DNA of 48,427 nt from Euryarchaeota archaeon UBA89 (GCA_002495525.1 DAFS01000015.1:13375-61801); one strand, 5' to 3'; shown: positions 38,850-48,427, counted from the stretch's first letter. Notes: generated from the sequence alone by a model not told the origin. Numbers and translations are program-made.

Positions 38850-39095
38850 ATGTCCATGAAGAGTGTTTCTACGACTCTTAAAATGAATGGTTCTCGTAGC
38901 CATATTGAAGCCCTATTGGCTGGAATTTCAGCCGATGATCCAGATGCATTCGATGCAAAAATTATACAAAATAATGAAGATTTTCAATTAAAAATTGTTG
39001 TTTCAGGAGAAAATCTAGCCACAGTTCGAAGTACTGTGGACGATTTATTAGCATGCTTAGGCGCAATTGAATCTACACTAAACTCACTTCAATAA
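38850..39095 (+). CDS. KEOPS complex subunit Pcc1-like
   Basis: 81 aa; LKIVVSGENLATVRSTVDDLL matches the Pcc1 C-terminal pattern. Confidence 0.7.
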   Translation: MSMKSVSTTLKMNGSRSHIEALLAGISADDPDAFDAKIIQNNEDFQLKIVVSGENLATVRSTVDDLLACLGAIESTLNSLQ

Positions 39096-39190
39096 TTATG
39101 ACTTGAGGATATAGTGAGTGTAAAAATTCATCATTTATGTGTAAATTGGAAATTCGGACGGTTGAAGTGATATGTTAGATTCGCAATACT

Positions 39191-40135
39191 GTGATGAGCC
39201 TTCCTCATGATAGGTCGAGACTACTGGTTGACGCCGGAGTTCCTAGTGAAATTTTTTCTCACTCAATAGATCGCTGGATTGAAACAATGCTAGCAGATGA
39301 TATTAGTGAAGAAGGAGGATTGAACAATTTAGTAAGGGCCAAACTGATTGCAAAGGAAAAAGGATTAATTTGTGGACAATTTGTTATTAACAGACTGTTA
39401 GATAAACATGCTCCAAATTGCTCTTATAATTGGGGAATTAGTGAAGGTAGTTTAGTAAAAGAAAAGGAAAGTATTTTACAAATTTCTGGAATTTCTTCTG
39501 AAATTTTGAAAGTGGAAAGAGTGATGTTAAATTTATTGGGGAGACTTTCAGGGATTTCTACTACCACATCTGAGTGGGTATCTGACTCCAATGATATTCA
39601 ATTAGCCTGTACGAGAAAAACGGAATGGGGGATTTTAGATAAATGGGCTGTTCATGTTGGTGGAGGGTTAACTCATAGGCTATTTCGATCAGATGCACTA
39701 ATGTTAAAAGAAAATGATTTTGTATCGGCAATAGAGAGCGGTGAAGATCTAAACGATGCTATTAAAAAACTAATTTCTGGGATAGATTTGGAGAAAAATT
39801 CAAAATTTACTGTTGTAGAAGTTCAAGATATAAATGAGGCAATATTAGCTGCTGAAACTTGGTCTGAAAAACAGAGAGAAAATTCTACAACTGATTCTGT
39901 AGTATTGTTACTTGATAATATGGGACCATCGAATGCTGGGATTGTAGTTGCAGAACTAGAAAAACTCGATTTAAGAAAATGGTGTATACTGGAAGGCTCT
40001 GGGGGAATCACAAAAGATAGTATTGCAGAATGGTCATCTAGTGGCGTAGATCTAATATCAACATCAGCGATGAATAGGGGAGTGAAGCCTTTAGATATCT
40101 CACTAATAATTGAGGGAGAGGAATATGATGGCTGA
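39191..40135 (+). CDS. nadC: Nicotinate-nucleotide pyrophosphorylase (quinolinate phosphoribosyltransferase)
   Basis: ERVMLNLLGRLSGIST, TRKT, GGGLTHR, LLDNM, EGSGGI. Confidence 0.92.
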   Translation: MMSLPHDRSRLLVDAGVPSEIFSHSIDRWIETMLADDISEEGGLNNLVRAKLIAKEKGLICGQFVINRLLDKHAPNCSYNWGISEGSLVKEKESILQISGISSEILKVERVMLNLLGRLSGISTTTSEWVSDSNDIQLACTRKTEWGILDKWAVHVGGGLTHRLFRSDALMLKENDFVSAIESGEDLNDAIKKLISGIDLEKNSKFTVVEVQDINEAILAAETWSEKQRENSTTDSVVLLLDNMGPSNAGIVVAELEKLDLRKWCILEGSGGITKDSIAEWSSSGVDLISTSAMNRGVKPLDISLIIEGEEYDG

Positions 40136-40910
40136 AATTCCTGAAAGTCACCCTAGAAGGAAGTCTTTGATTTCTAGAAAAACAATTGTTGAAGCTACAA
40201 AAAAAGGGTTGCTGGCAGACTCTGCAATGATAGCACATGGAAGAGGGGAAGCTTTTGATTATCTTCTAGGCGAAAAAACTAGTGAAATTGCAAAACTATC
40301 GATAAAAGAATCTGCTGCTAGATTAATTTCAGCAAAGAGTCCTGTGATCTCTGTAAATGGAAATACCGCAGTACTCGCAGGAAAGGCCCTAATTAGAGTT
40401 GCAGCGGTTTTACAGTGCCCTATTGAAATAAATATTTACTATAGAACTGAAGAAAGGATGAAGTTACTTTATGATTTTTTAAAATTACAGAGGTTGAATG
40501 TTTCAAGAGAGGGAAATCCAGACAAATGGAAAGGAGATTGGGGGGTCGCTGTAATGTCGGTTAAGATTCTTGGAAGAGAAGAAGACGGGAGAATTGAGGG
40601 ATTAGAGGGCCCTAGGGCAATATGTTCTGCCGAAGGTATTCAGAAATCGGATGTTATTTTAGTACCTCTTGAAGATGGCGATAGATGTGAAGTGTTAGTT
40701 TCCTCAGGAAAAGATGTATTGGTTGTTGATCTAAATCCACTTTCTAGAAGCGCTAAGATGGCTACAGTAACTATAGTTGATGAGGTATCAAGAATGGCAG
40801 ATTTATTGTTAGAATATGTTATTGCGGATTCATCAGATGTTACTAAGTGGAATAATGATTCTGCACTTAAAGAGTCTCTGAAAATTATCTCTAATGGCTC
40901 AGAAGAGTAA
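40125..40910 (+). CDS. Archaeal 4-phosphopantoate--beta-alanine ligase (phosphopantothenate synthetase)
   Basis: IPESHPR, AHGRGEAFDYLLGE, SVNGN, VPLEDGDR, DLNPLSR. Confidence 0.93.
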   Translation: MMAEIPESHPRRKSLISRKTIVEATKKGLLADSAMIAHGRGEAFDYLLGEKTSEIAKLSIKESAARLISAKSPVISVNGNTAVLAGKALIRVAAVLQCPIEINIYYRTEERMKLLYDFLKLQRLNVSREGNPDKWKGDWGVAVMSVKILGREEDGRIEGLEGPRAICSAEGIQKSDVILVPLEDGDRCEVLVSSGKDVLVVDLNPLSRSAKMATVTIVDEVSRMADLLLEYVIADSSDVTKWNNDSALKESLKIISNGSEE

Positions 40911-42095
40911 TCAGAATGCTTCTTTCAATAATTTTTCACAACGTTCAGCAATTGCTGTACCGACATCGCTGGTGGAAGCGGTGCCTCCTAAATCGTAAGT
41001 TACACAACCACCTTCAGCAAAATGTTCCTCCATAGCCTGCATTAATATATCTGCACATTTGTCTAAATCTGAATTATTTTTTCGGAAACCAAGGACTTCG
41101 AACATCATTTGTAATGATGAAAGAGTTGCCATAGGATTCACGGTATTTTTACCTGCATGTTTAGGAGAAGAGCCATGAACTGGTTCGAATAGTATATGTT
41201 TTGGTCCAAGATTAGCACTTCCTGCCATGCCCATACCTCCTTGCAGAACCGATGCTAAATCTGTAGCGATATCGCCAAACATATTTGGCAATACTACGAC
41301 ATCTAATGATTCGGGATCTCTCATTAACCACATAGTAAAAGCATCAATATACGCTTCATTAATATCAATTTCGGGATACTTCTCCTCTGCTATCTCGTGG
41401 AAGATTTTTCTAAACAATTGGCAGCCACGTGTCACATTAGATTTGTCGACACAGGTAACTTTCTGTGGTTTACCGAGCTTCTTCTGACGGTGTTCTGCCA
41501 AATCAAACGCGAATTTAATTACGCGCTCGGTTCCTATTCTTGAAATAGGCCTTGTATCCCAAGCCACTTCTCCATCTAATCCAGGAAACTTTTCTATCAC
41601 CATAGGCTCATCTTTCTCACCTATTGCCCTCTGAGACATACGCCTTAGTAACGAATGATACAAACCTTCTGTATTCTCACGGACCATTACCATGTCTACA
41701 AGATTAGAGTCCCAGATATCTTTGTGGATACCGTGTACTTTATGCTTCACTCCTTGAAATAATTTTACTGGACGAACATTGGCATATAGGTTCAATCCAG
41801 AACGGAGTCCAAGAATTACTTGTCCACCTGCAAGGTCGCCATTTGGGAGACGCGCGCCGGGCCAACCAATAGCACCGAGAAGAATCGCGTCTGAATTATC
41901 TCTACAATGTTCAAATGACCCCTCAGGCCATTCTCTACCTGTTTCAAGATAGTACTCTCCTCCACAAGGAATTTCTGTGATATTGAAAGAAACTGGGCTG
42001 TTTTTCTCAAAAACTGATAGGACTCGCATAGCCTCTGCCATAACTTCCTTACCAGTTCCATCACCCGGTAGTACGGTCAGTCGATACTCAGTCAT
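40911..42095 (-). CDS. Isocitrate/isopropylmalate/tartrate dehydrogenase family protein
   Basis: LPGDGTGKEV, YANVRP, RENTEGLY, DKSNV, NMFGDI, FEPVHGS. Confidence 0.9.
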   Translation of the reverse strand: MTEYRLTVLPGDGTGKEVMAEAMRVLSVFEKNSPVSFNITEIPCGGEYYLETGREWPEGSFEHCRDNSDAILLGAIGWPGARLPNGDLAGGQVILGLRSGLNLYANVRPVKLFQGVKHKVHGIHKDIWDSNLVDMVMVRENTEGLYHSLLRRMSQRAIGEKDEPMVIEKFPGLDGEVAWDTRPISRIGTERVIKFAFDLAEHRQKKLGKPQKVTCVDKSNVTRGCQLFRKIFHEIAEEKYPEIDINEAYIDAFTMWLMRDPESLDVVVLPNMFGDIATDLASVLQGGMGMAGSANLGPKHILFEPVHGSSPKHAGKNTVNPMATLSSLQMMFEVLGFRKNNSDLDKCADILMQAMEEHFAEGGCVTYDLGGTASTSDVGTAIAERCEKLLKEAF

Positions 42096-42193
42096 GATAC
42101 GTGGCAGATGCTTTTACTTCATCAATCCAACTATTCGACAATTGACAATTGTTGACACGATACTTGATAGAGGTCCACTACAAATCAGATGAC

Positions 42194-42811
42194 ATGGAAC
42201 ACACTTCTGACGATAGTGAAGGAAGTCCTCGGATCGATGTCAGAACTTTGCCTGAATCAATTGCACAACTATGGGAAACAATGCTCAGACTTGATCCCTC
42301 ATGGGATATATCAACGTGGCTGGACGAGAGAGCAAAAGAAGAGTTACAACTTATTGAAGGGCAACTAGGAAGAGAAAAATTACGTCTTGAACAGCGCCTG
42401 CATAGATTAGAGACATTAGCAAAGCGTCTCAAAAGGCAAAGAGAAGTTGCCGAAGGAGTTGTTTGGAAAGATCCACATCAGAAAAATCTCTTTGATGTCT
42501 ACGATGATGAGAATAGTCAAGATTCAGAGATTAATCAAAATGAAGACGAGGTTAATGGTTTTCCTGCTGTCGATTATACTAACCTAGAATTTGGAGATGA
42601 TCCATTGTTAGCGATTGTTTCTGAACATATTATTCATGTAATGGAATTATTGAATTCAAAGGGTCTCACTTCAATACACTTTGATTTATTACTACAAGAA
42701 TTAAGTGAAATTGGAATAAGAGATGAAGAGGTTGATGAGGGAATAACTTGGTTATTAAAAAAACAAATTGTTGTTGAGTTGGAACAAGATCATTTTGCTT
42801 TAGACATATAA
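42194..42811 (+). CDS. Hypothetical protein (coiled coil, acidic linker, possible C-terminal winged helix)
   Basis: Heptad stretch LRLEQRLHRLETLAKRL; C-terminal EEVDEGITWLLKKQIVVE. Confidence 0.65.
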   Translation: MEHTSDDSEGSPRIDVRTLPESIAQLWETMLRLDPSWDISTWLDERAKEELQLIEGQLGREKLRLEQRLHRLETLAKRLKRQREVAEGVVWKDPHQKNLFDVYDDENSQDSEINQNEDEVNGFPAVDYTNLEFGDDPLLAIVSEHIIHVMELLNSKGLTSIHFDLLLQELSEIGIRDEEVDEGITWLLKKQIVVELEQDHFALDI

Positions 42812-42885
42812 AACGATAGGGAAGAGACCCCGTTTTGAGCCGACTCCTTCAAAGAGGAGACCCTTGTCGCGACCTTTGTATTTCT

Positions 42886-44856
42886 ATGGTTAGTGATGCA
42901 TCCGGTTGGTACGCAAGGCTTGACAGAGAGTGTTCCGATAGGGTTGAACAACTCGAGACTTGGTTAGACTCTTGGGAAGAAGCCACTCGTCATGGAATCC
43001 CCATTGCTGCTACGTTACCTAATCATTGGCCTACATTACCTGCAGGTCTTCTGTCAGATCCGGGCGCTGTCCTAGATCATCTGTTAGCCCGAAACGAGGC
43101 GGAGAGTGATGGACGCTCTCCTAGAGGAGCTTATGCTACACCTGCAAAGTTTGCAGAAGCAATACTTTCTGATGAATTAAAAGATACCAAAGAAGAAGCA
43201 TCAAAAGAACCTTCGGCAGCACTTTCTCTTTCTGCACTACCTCCTAGCTTTAGGGCATACGCGCAAAAGTTTAATCAAGACGTAACTGAAGAAAAAAATG
43301 ATAAGTCGAATAAGGATGAAGATGGTTTCCAAACACGTTCAGGTATTGCAATACCTTTTGCAGATCCATCGGTTGGAGCCGGCGTCTTCGCAGCCAGACT
43401 AATTAGAATACATGCAGATAGATGTGAAAAATTTACCCCTGCAGAAAGAAAAAAGGACACTTTGGTTCTATTGAATGGTTTCCAGATGTTAGATAACTCA
43501 GAAGTTGCCATTAGGTGCGCTCGTCGTAGAATCTTAATTGCTCTTTCAAGATGTGATCTTGTAGATTTAGATGGAAAGGGAGATGCAGGGAAAATTGGAA
43601 GAAAGGAAGCAGAAAAAATACTAGACAAAACTGTTCAATCTGGGGATGCATTGAGGGGAGAATGGCCATGGACAGAGAAACCGGGACTATTAGTCTGTAG
43701 ACCTCCTTGGTTAAGAATCAAAGATAGATTTAGGGGGCACCCAGAAGGTAGTGAACTGAGAAAAGAACTATCTAGGCAATTAAGAAACACCACTAATAAA
43801 GATGGAAGTAGAAGATTCTCAACACTCAGAGGGAATGTCAATCTATATCGCTTATTCTTAGAAAGAGGCATGCAACTTGTTAGAAAAGATGGGAGGATAA
43901 GGATGATTGTTCCTGACTCACTATTACGAGAAAAAAGTAGTATTCCTCTCCGTAAATTGATGGTTGAAAGTAACAGATGGAATTCTTCTTGGTCTTTCCC
44001 AGAAAATCAAAGAATTTTCCCAGGAGTTTCGCAGGGCGTTTTAGTAATTGGAATAACAAAGGGTGGAGAAACAAATACTATGACTAGTTATGGGCCCCTT
44101 CACACCAATGAAATAACTCCACAGAATGGATTGGCGAATAGTGTTCCTACTTTTGACATGATTAGGAAATCATGGAGTAGTTGGACTGATGGCAATTGGT
44201 CTGTCCCTAGGATGCCAAGAGATGAATATGATAGGAGAAGAATTGTCAGAGCCATTTCTGAACTTGCAGAACAACCTAAATTATCTGAAGAAAATAATTG
44301 GTTAAACCCTACTGGTAAACCAATTAGAGTCAGGGTGGGAGAAATTGACCAAACAAATTGGTCAGAAGAAATTACTGATTGGAAACCAGGATCAAGAGGG
44401 ACTGCCTTCATTAGAGGTACGCATTTCTCCACCAAGGGTGATGAAATTAGTATAATTCATCCAGCATACGTTAGTGGACTAAAAGAAGATTCGACCCAAA
44501 GAAACCAAGCAAAATGGACTGGTTCTATTAAGCCTAAAGGAAAACCAAGACTTGCTTGTCAAGCTATAGTTAATGCTCAACTAGAAAGAAGACTGAGATG
44601 GGCAGTAGTGCCTTCTGATTGTGTATTAGGAAATTCTGTTAATTTCTTGGAATTACCTGCTGAAGTAATGGAAAGAATCGCTGAAGAACATGGCTCTGTA
44701 GATAAGGGATTGAATTGGTTAGCAGTACATCTAAATTCAGAAACATTGGACCTTTGGTCTCGAGCATGGGCTGCTAATAATAATGTAAATAATTATGAAA
44801 TTGAAAATCTTCCATTCCCTAAGCCTAACCAAATACGTTCAATAGCAATGCAATAA
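42886..44856 (+). CDS. Eco57I/TaqI-like (gamma-class) methyltransferase-fold protein with degenerate catalytic motif
   Basis: GAYATP, FADPSVGAGVF, GDAL, CRPPW (for NPPY/W), NLYRLFLE..G..IVP, LNS...LPFP. Confidence 0.78.
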   Translation: MVSDASGWYARLDRECSDRVEQLETWLDSWEEATRHGIPIAATLPNHWPTLPAGLLSDPGAVLDHLLARNEAESDGRSPRGAYATPAKFAEAILSDELKDTKEEASKEPSAALSLSALPPSFRAYAQKFNQDVTEEKNDKSNKDEDGFQTRSGIAIPFADPSVGAGVFAARLIRIHADRCEKFTPAERKKDTLVLLNGFQMLDNSEVAIRCARRRILIALSRCDLVDLDGKGDAGKIGRKEAEKILDKTVQSGDALRGEWPWTEKPGLLVCRPPWLRIKDRFRGHPEGSELRKELSRQLRNTTNKDGSRRFSTLRGNVNLYRLFLERGMQLVRKDGRIRMIVPDSLLREKSSIPLRKLMVESNRWNSSWSFPENQRIFPGVSQGVLVIGITKGGETNTMTSYGPLHTNEITPQNGLANSVPTFDMIRKSWSSWTDGNWSVPRMPRDEYDRRRIVRAISELAEQPKLSEENNWLNPTGKPIRVRVGEIDQTNWSEEITDWKPGSRGTAFIRGTHFSTKGDEISIIHPAYVSGLKEDSTQRNQAKWTGSIKPKGKPRLACQAIVNAQLERRLRWAVVPSDCVLGNSVNFLELPAEVMERIAEEHGSVDKGLNWLAVHLNSETLDLWSRAWAANNNVNNYEIENLPFPKPNQIRSIAMQ

Positions 44857-45005
44857 CATATTCCGGAAATAAAAGGTTCGGTTTCCGGTAATTATTTTCC
44901 TTTCTCCGGTTTTTCTGACTAAAAAATACCAAACTGATTAATACATACGCTCGTCCTCGGTGAAACCGTCTTGCGTCGCAAAGCAAACAAATGAAGGGCT
45001 AAAAT

Positions 45006-45566
45006 ATGGGAATATATCCAAAAATAGGTATTACGGGATTGCCTAGATCTGGTAAGTCCGCAGTATTACAGAAAGTAATACAGATGGTACAAGATGAAAG
45101 GAAAAATAAATCTAGAAAAACATACAAAGACATCATCGGAGGAGTTCAAACTGAAGCCATAATAGAAAATGGCGAAAGGGTTGGATACGCCTGTGTCAAT
45201 GTAAGAACTGGAGAAAGGGGAGTCATTGCACATCGAAATATAGATTCTAGAACTCGTATCTTAGGGTATGGGATTGATCCAACTGAGTTAGATAGAGTTG
45301 CAGTGCCTGCAATACTTGATGCATTGGATGAATGTGAAGTTTTAGTAATTGATGAAGTTGGAAAATTCTCAGTGGAAAGTGAAGGTTTCGTTGCTGCTGT
45401 TCGTGCAGCCTTGGAATATGACAAACCGACTTTAATGACTTTGCACAAAAAGAGTAGGCACCCATTATTGCAAGATATACGTAGAAGAGATGATGGTCGT
45501 GTTTTAGAAGTTACTCCAGTAAATCGGGCACTTCTACCATACAAAATTCATAAATTGTTGGAGTAA
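45006..45566 (+). CDS. Nucleoside-triphosphatase (THEP1/NTPase family)
   Basis: ITGLPRSGKS, GERVGY, VIDEVGKF, TLH, EVTPVNR. Confidence 0.88.
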   Translation: MGIYPKIGITGLPRSGKSAVLQKVIQMVQDERKNKSRKTYKDIIGGVQTEAIIENGERVGYACVNVRTGERGVIAHRNIDSRTRILGYGIDPTELDRVAVPAILDALDECEVLVIDEVGKFSVESEGFVAAVRAALEYDKPTLMTLHKKSRHPLLQDIRRRDDGRVLEVTPVNRALLPYKIHKLLE

Positions 45567-45609
45567 AGTGGTGCATGGGATAATATACATACCCCGTAGG
45601 TGATTTTTT

Positions 45610-45990
45610 GTGGATTCTCCAGCAAATAGAGTTCAAAGAATTTTAGTTGGTATGATTTTATCGTTCTTGCTGATGACTGCACTAGCAATATCTGAAGGTC
45701 TGATACGAATATTCGGTTGTGTTGGTAGTGAATGTCAAGAAGAGAATAGTTATGCATTCATATTTCCGATAATTCTTTTGCTTAGTATTACATTGTACTT
45801 ATTACTCCATTTTTCTAAGGGGAAAGAACATGAAAAGGGAATTTTAGATCGATGGATTAGTCGGGAAGAAGAGGATGTGATGAGATCTAGGCTCAAACAG
45901 GAGCAACTAGATGCCAGTGGAGATAATATGGGTTCAGGATGGTCTGAGATGGAAAAAAGACATTTGGAAACTAAATTAGAGGAAGAATAA
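45610..45990 (+). CDS. Hypothetical two-TM membrane protein
   Basis: Two hydrophobic helices; SD GGTGA upstream. Confidence 0.65.
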   Translation: MDSPANRVQRILVGMILSFLLMTALAISEGLIRIFGCVGSECQEENSYAFIFPIILLLSITLYLLLHFSKGKEHEKGILDRWISREEEDVMRSRLKQEQLDASGDNMGSGWSEMEKRHLETKLEEE

Positions 45991-46041
45991 GGAAGCGAAA
46001 CCTTGACTCTTGGAATACCCTCGTAGGGCTTGGCGATACCC

Positions 46042-46425
46042 ATGAGCGAAATACCTGAAGGACTGATTTATACCAAAGAACATGAATGGATTAAAGTCGA
46101 AGGAAATGAGATTACTGTTGGAATTACTGACTATGCTCAGAATGCTTTGACAGATGTTGTTTGGGTAGAATTGCCGGAATTGGGAGTATCTGTAAAATCA
46201 ATGGATTCGTTTGCTAATGTAGAATCTGTTAAGTCTGTGAGCGAAATCTATGCGCCGGTTTCTGGTGAAGTTATAGAAATAAATGAAGATTTAGAGGATG
46301 CTCCTGAAACAGTGAATACTGACCCATATGGAGAAGGTTGGATTTGTAGAATGAGTATGGATAATCCAGGTGAACTTGATGCGCTTCTTGATGCTGCAGG
46401 ATATAAGTCTCTTATCGAGGAATAG
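46042..46425 (+). CDS. gcvH: Glycine cleavage system H protein
   Basis: YTKEHEW, VGITDYAQ, VESVKSVS lipoyl-Lys, DPYGEGW. Confidence 0.96.
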   Translation: MSEIPEGLIYTKEHEWIKVEGNEITVGITDYAQNALTDVVWVELPELGVSVKSMDSFANVESVKSVSEIYAPVSGEVIEINEDLEDAPETVNTDPYGEGWICRMSMDNPGELDALLDAAGYKSLIEE

Positions 46426-46429
46426 GTAA

Positions 46430-46969
46430 ATGGCGATTCTCAGTAAGATCTCAATATATGTTGATGGATCTTGCGAAGAAAATAGAAATGTATCATCAGA
46501 AACTCCCGCTGGATGGGGGTTTTGTGTGGTAATAGGAGACACAGGTTTAGGAAAAGGGCAAGGAGAAATTATTACTGAAAAAAGTGGTCCTGTCATCACA
46601 GAAAAAGACTCGGAAGGATATATTGGTTCAGAAGTAGGTTCCAACAATACAGCAGAGCTATGTGCCCTTGCTCATGCACTAAAATGGCTACTAGTCGATG
46701 GCAGTGATGCCCCAGCAGTGATTAGAGGAGATTCTCAATATGCTCTGAAAATAGGTACTGGGATTTGGAAAGCTAAGGCGAATAAAGAATTAGCTTTGAA
46801 TGTTCAAAAATTATGGAGAGAGGTGTCTTCACTTCGAAATTTAACTCAAGAGCACGTTAGGGCACATAGAGGACATCGTTGGAATGAGAGGGCTGATCAT
46901 TTGGCATTTCGAGCAATGCAAGGAAAAGACGCTTTACCATTACAATTCTGGAAACCTGGTAAAAGATAA
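46430..46969 (+). CDS. rnhA: Ribonuclease HI
   Basis: YVDGS, NNTAEL, DSQY, HVRAHRG, NERADHLA. Confidence 0.9.
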   Translation: MAILSKISIYVDGSCEENRNVSSETPAGWGFCVVIGDTGLGKGQGEIITEKSGPVITEKDSEGYIGSEVGSNNTAELCALAHALKWLLVDGSDAPAVIRGDSQYALKIGTGIWKAKANKELALNVQKLWREVSSLRNLTQEHVRAHRGHRWNERADHLAFRAMQGKDALPLQFWKPGKR

Positions 46970-46970
46970 T

Positions 46971-47381
46971 TCAATCATCAGAAAGAATTGTCACACTTAG
47001 GAATACATAAGTTGCTTGAATAAAAGTCAGTAAAGCAATCAAGGAAAAAATCAATGACGTTGGGTCCGGAAAAAATAGTTTATTTTTTCCTAAAAGATAC
47101 GATATAATAAAAATAAAGAATGAAAATAAGAATAATTTTTTTGCGGAGCTCTCAGGATTTTTCCATAAGTCTAACCATGGAACTAATCCGCGTCTTTTGA
47201 ATGTGAATCGATACCAAGAGACATACCACATTGTCAATCCGATAAGTCCCATTACCCCCAGAGTAAAAGATTCTGAACCCCAAGGCCAAGAAAATGAAAA
47301 TTTCAAGAAGATTGTATTGATTAAAAGTATTGAACCTGAGAAGAAATAGAGGTGCCAATCCGGCGGGTTCTCCTCGGCCAT
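46971..47381 (-). CDS. Hypothetical four-TM membrane protein
   Basis: Four hydrophobic segments. Confidence 0.65.
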   Translation of the reverse strand: MAEENPPDWHLYFFSGSILLINTIFLKFSFSWPWGSESFTLGVMGLIGLTMWYVSWYRFTFKRRGLVPWLDLWKNPESSAKKLFLFSFFIFIISYLLGKNKLFFPDPTSLIFSLIALLTFIQATYVFLSVTILSDD

Positions 47382-47457
47382 AACAATACCGAGACGTTAA
47401 GTGATTTCAAATCAACCCTAAAGATGGGTTCTTGATGTAACAGTAACTCGCGTAATT

Positions 47458-47889
47458 ATGGAGCACCGATTAGTTTGGTCGGATTCAATGAATCAAGATC
47501 ACCTTGATTTGAGATTCCGAGTTTTAAGAATAGGTATGCCAAGAGGGACTGAACATTATCCTAAGGTAGACAATGATCCTAGAACAAGATTCCTGTGCGC
47601 CTATATTGGTGAAAAAATGGTCGGATGTTCGACCTTGCAAGTTGATTCAAGAGAAGGTTACAAATATCGAATAAGAGGAATGGCCGTAGACTCAGAATAT
47701 CGTAACAGAGGTATAGGTTCTGAGATTGTCAAAGAATTACAAAATAAGGCGAAAGAAGAAAGAACAGGAATATGGTGTAATGCCAGAATCAAGGCAGTAC
47801 CCATGTATGCAAGATGTGGGTTCGTAATCGTATCTGAAATATTTGAAATTAAAAATATTGGGCCTCATTACGATATGGAATGGAAATAA
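47458..47889 (+). CDS. GNAT family acetyltransferase
   Basis: RGMAVDSEYRNRGIG, WCNAR..A..MY..CGF, GPHYDM. Confidence 0.9.
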   Translation: MEHRLVWSDSMNQDHLDLRFRVLRIGMPRGTEHYPKVDNDPRTRFLCAYIGEKMVGCSTLQVDSREGYKYRIRGMAVDSEYRNRGIGSEIVKELQNKAKEERTGIWCNARIKAVPMYARCGFVIVSEIFEIKNIGPHYDMEWK

Positions 47890-47914
47890 AAAGCATCCGC
47901 TGAAGTGATTTAAT

Positions 47915-47988
47915 TGGAGCACAGGCCGGGATTTGCACCCAGGTCCGCGGATTTGCAGTCCGCTGCATAGCTACTCTGCCACCCATGC
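47915..47988 (-). tRNA. tRNA-Cys (GCA), CCA encoded
   Basis: GCATGGG...GCGGA-CTGCAAA-TCCGC...CTGGG-TGCAAAT-CCCGG-CCTGTGC-T-CCA; discriminator U. Confidence 0.95.
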
Positions 47989-48062
47989 GTTGACTAACCG
48001 TAACAGACATTATGTTTGAATATTCTTCGAAAGAGGGTATCAAAAATCTATGCATGAAACGA

Positions 48063-48427
48063 TTATTCTTCTTCACGATCTGAATCCTCATCATATGCAT
48101 GATAGCACACTCTTCTTTCTTCGGACCAAGTTCCCCCTTCCTCTAGACAATCTGCTCCATCAGGAGATAGCCAAAAGTTGCAGAATACAAATTCTTTGTC
48201 TCTATCATTAACTTCAATCCATTCTCCTCCACGTTCATTACATATTTCTTCTCCAATATCTGTATGAGTTGTGGGTAGTGGTTTAGTATCCTTTTTATCT
48301 TTACGAATTGTGTCGTGTAATCTATCAAATAATCCTCTTTTATCTTGTTTGTCGCGCTCGCAACGTTCATCCTCTGTACAATCTCGATGAATTTCATGTC
48401 TATGTAACATATGTGCTAAAACTTCTC
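48063..48427 (-). CDS. C-terminal part of an acidic, Cys-containing hypothetical protein (starts beyond window)
   Basis: Frame stays open to the window end; repeated CxxxGGxW (CNERGGEW, CLEEGGTW). Confidence 0.6.
   Translation of the reverse strand, partial: EVLAHMLHRHEIHRDCTEDERCERDKQDKRGLFDRLHDTIRKDKKDTKPLPTTHTDIGEEICNERGGEWIEVNDRDKEFVFCNFWLSPDGADCLEEGGTWSEERRVCYHAYDEDSDREEE

Noticed and set aside
47889-48062. tRNA-Cys as an integration site for a mobile element
   Set aside because: No integrase and no duplicated tRNA 3' end noticed in the window

Overview
Low-GC, gene-dense archaeal chromosomal segment. PolD DP2, PriL, Pcc1, archaeal phosphopantothenate synthetase, MptE, DUF373 and a type II MetAP occur alongside bacterial-type MetK, Grx4/BolA, Rpe, RNase HI and a large TSP3-repeat surface protein. 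This gene set suggests Marine Group II (Poseidoniales) or a related marine Thermoplasmatota; the taxonomy is inferred, not searched. About 40 CDSs and one tRNA-Cys are present; no CRISPR, transposase or integrase was seen. The main unexplained element is the ~760-bp gap at 14736-15499. It has an archaeal-type promoter, is purine-rich on the + strand, folds into more than ten hairpins (many GNRA-capped), and holds an internal 25-nt duplicated module: a candidate large structured ncRNA. Other highlights: a ribbon-helix-helix/fumarase fusion with a palindrome on its own promoter, a methyltransferase-fold protein with NPPY changed to RPPW, a STAND NTPase with no sensor domain, an mPGES-2-like GST, and an adhesin with a vWA domain nested in propeller-like repeats. 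All calls come from motif recognition by eye.
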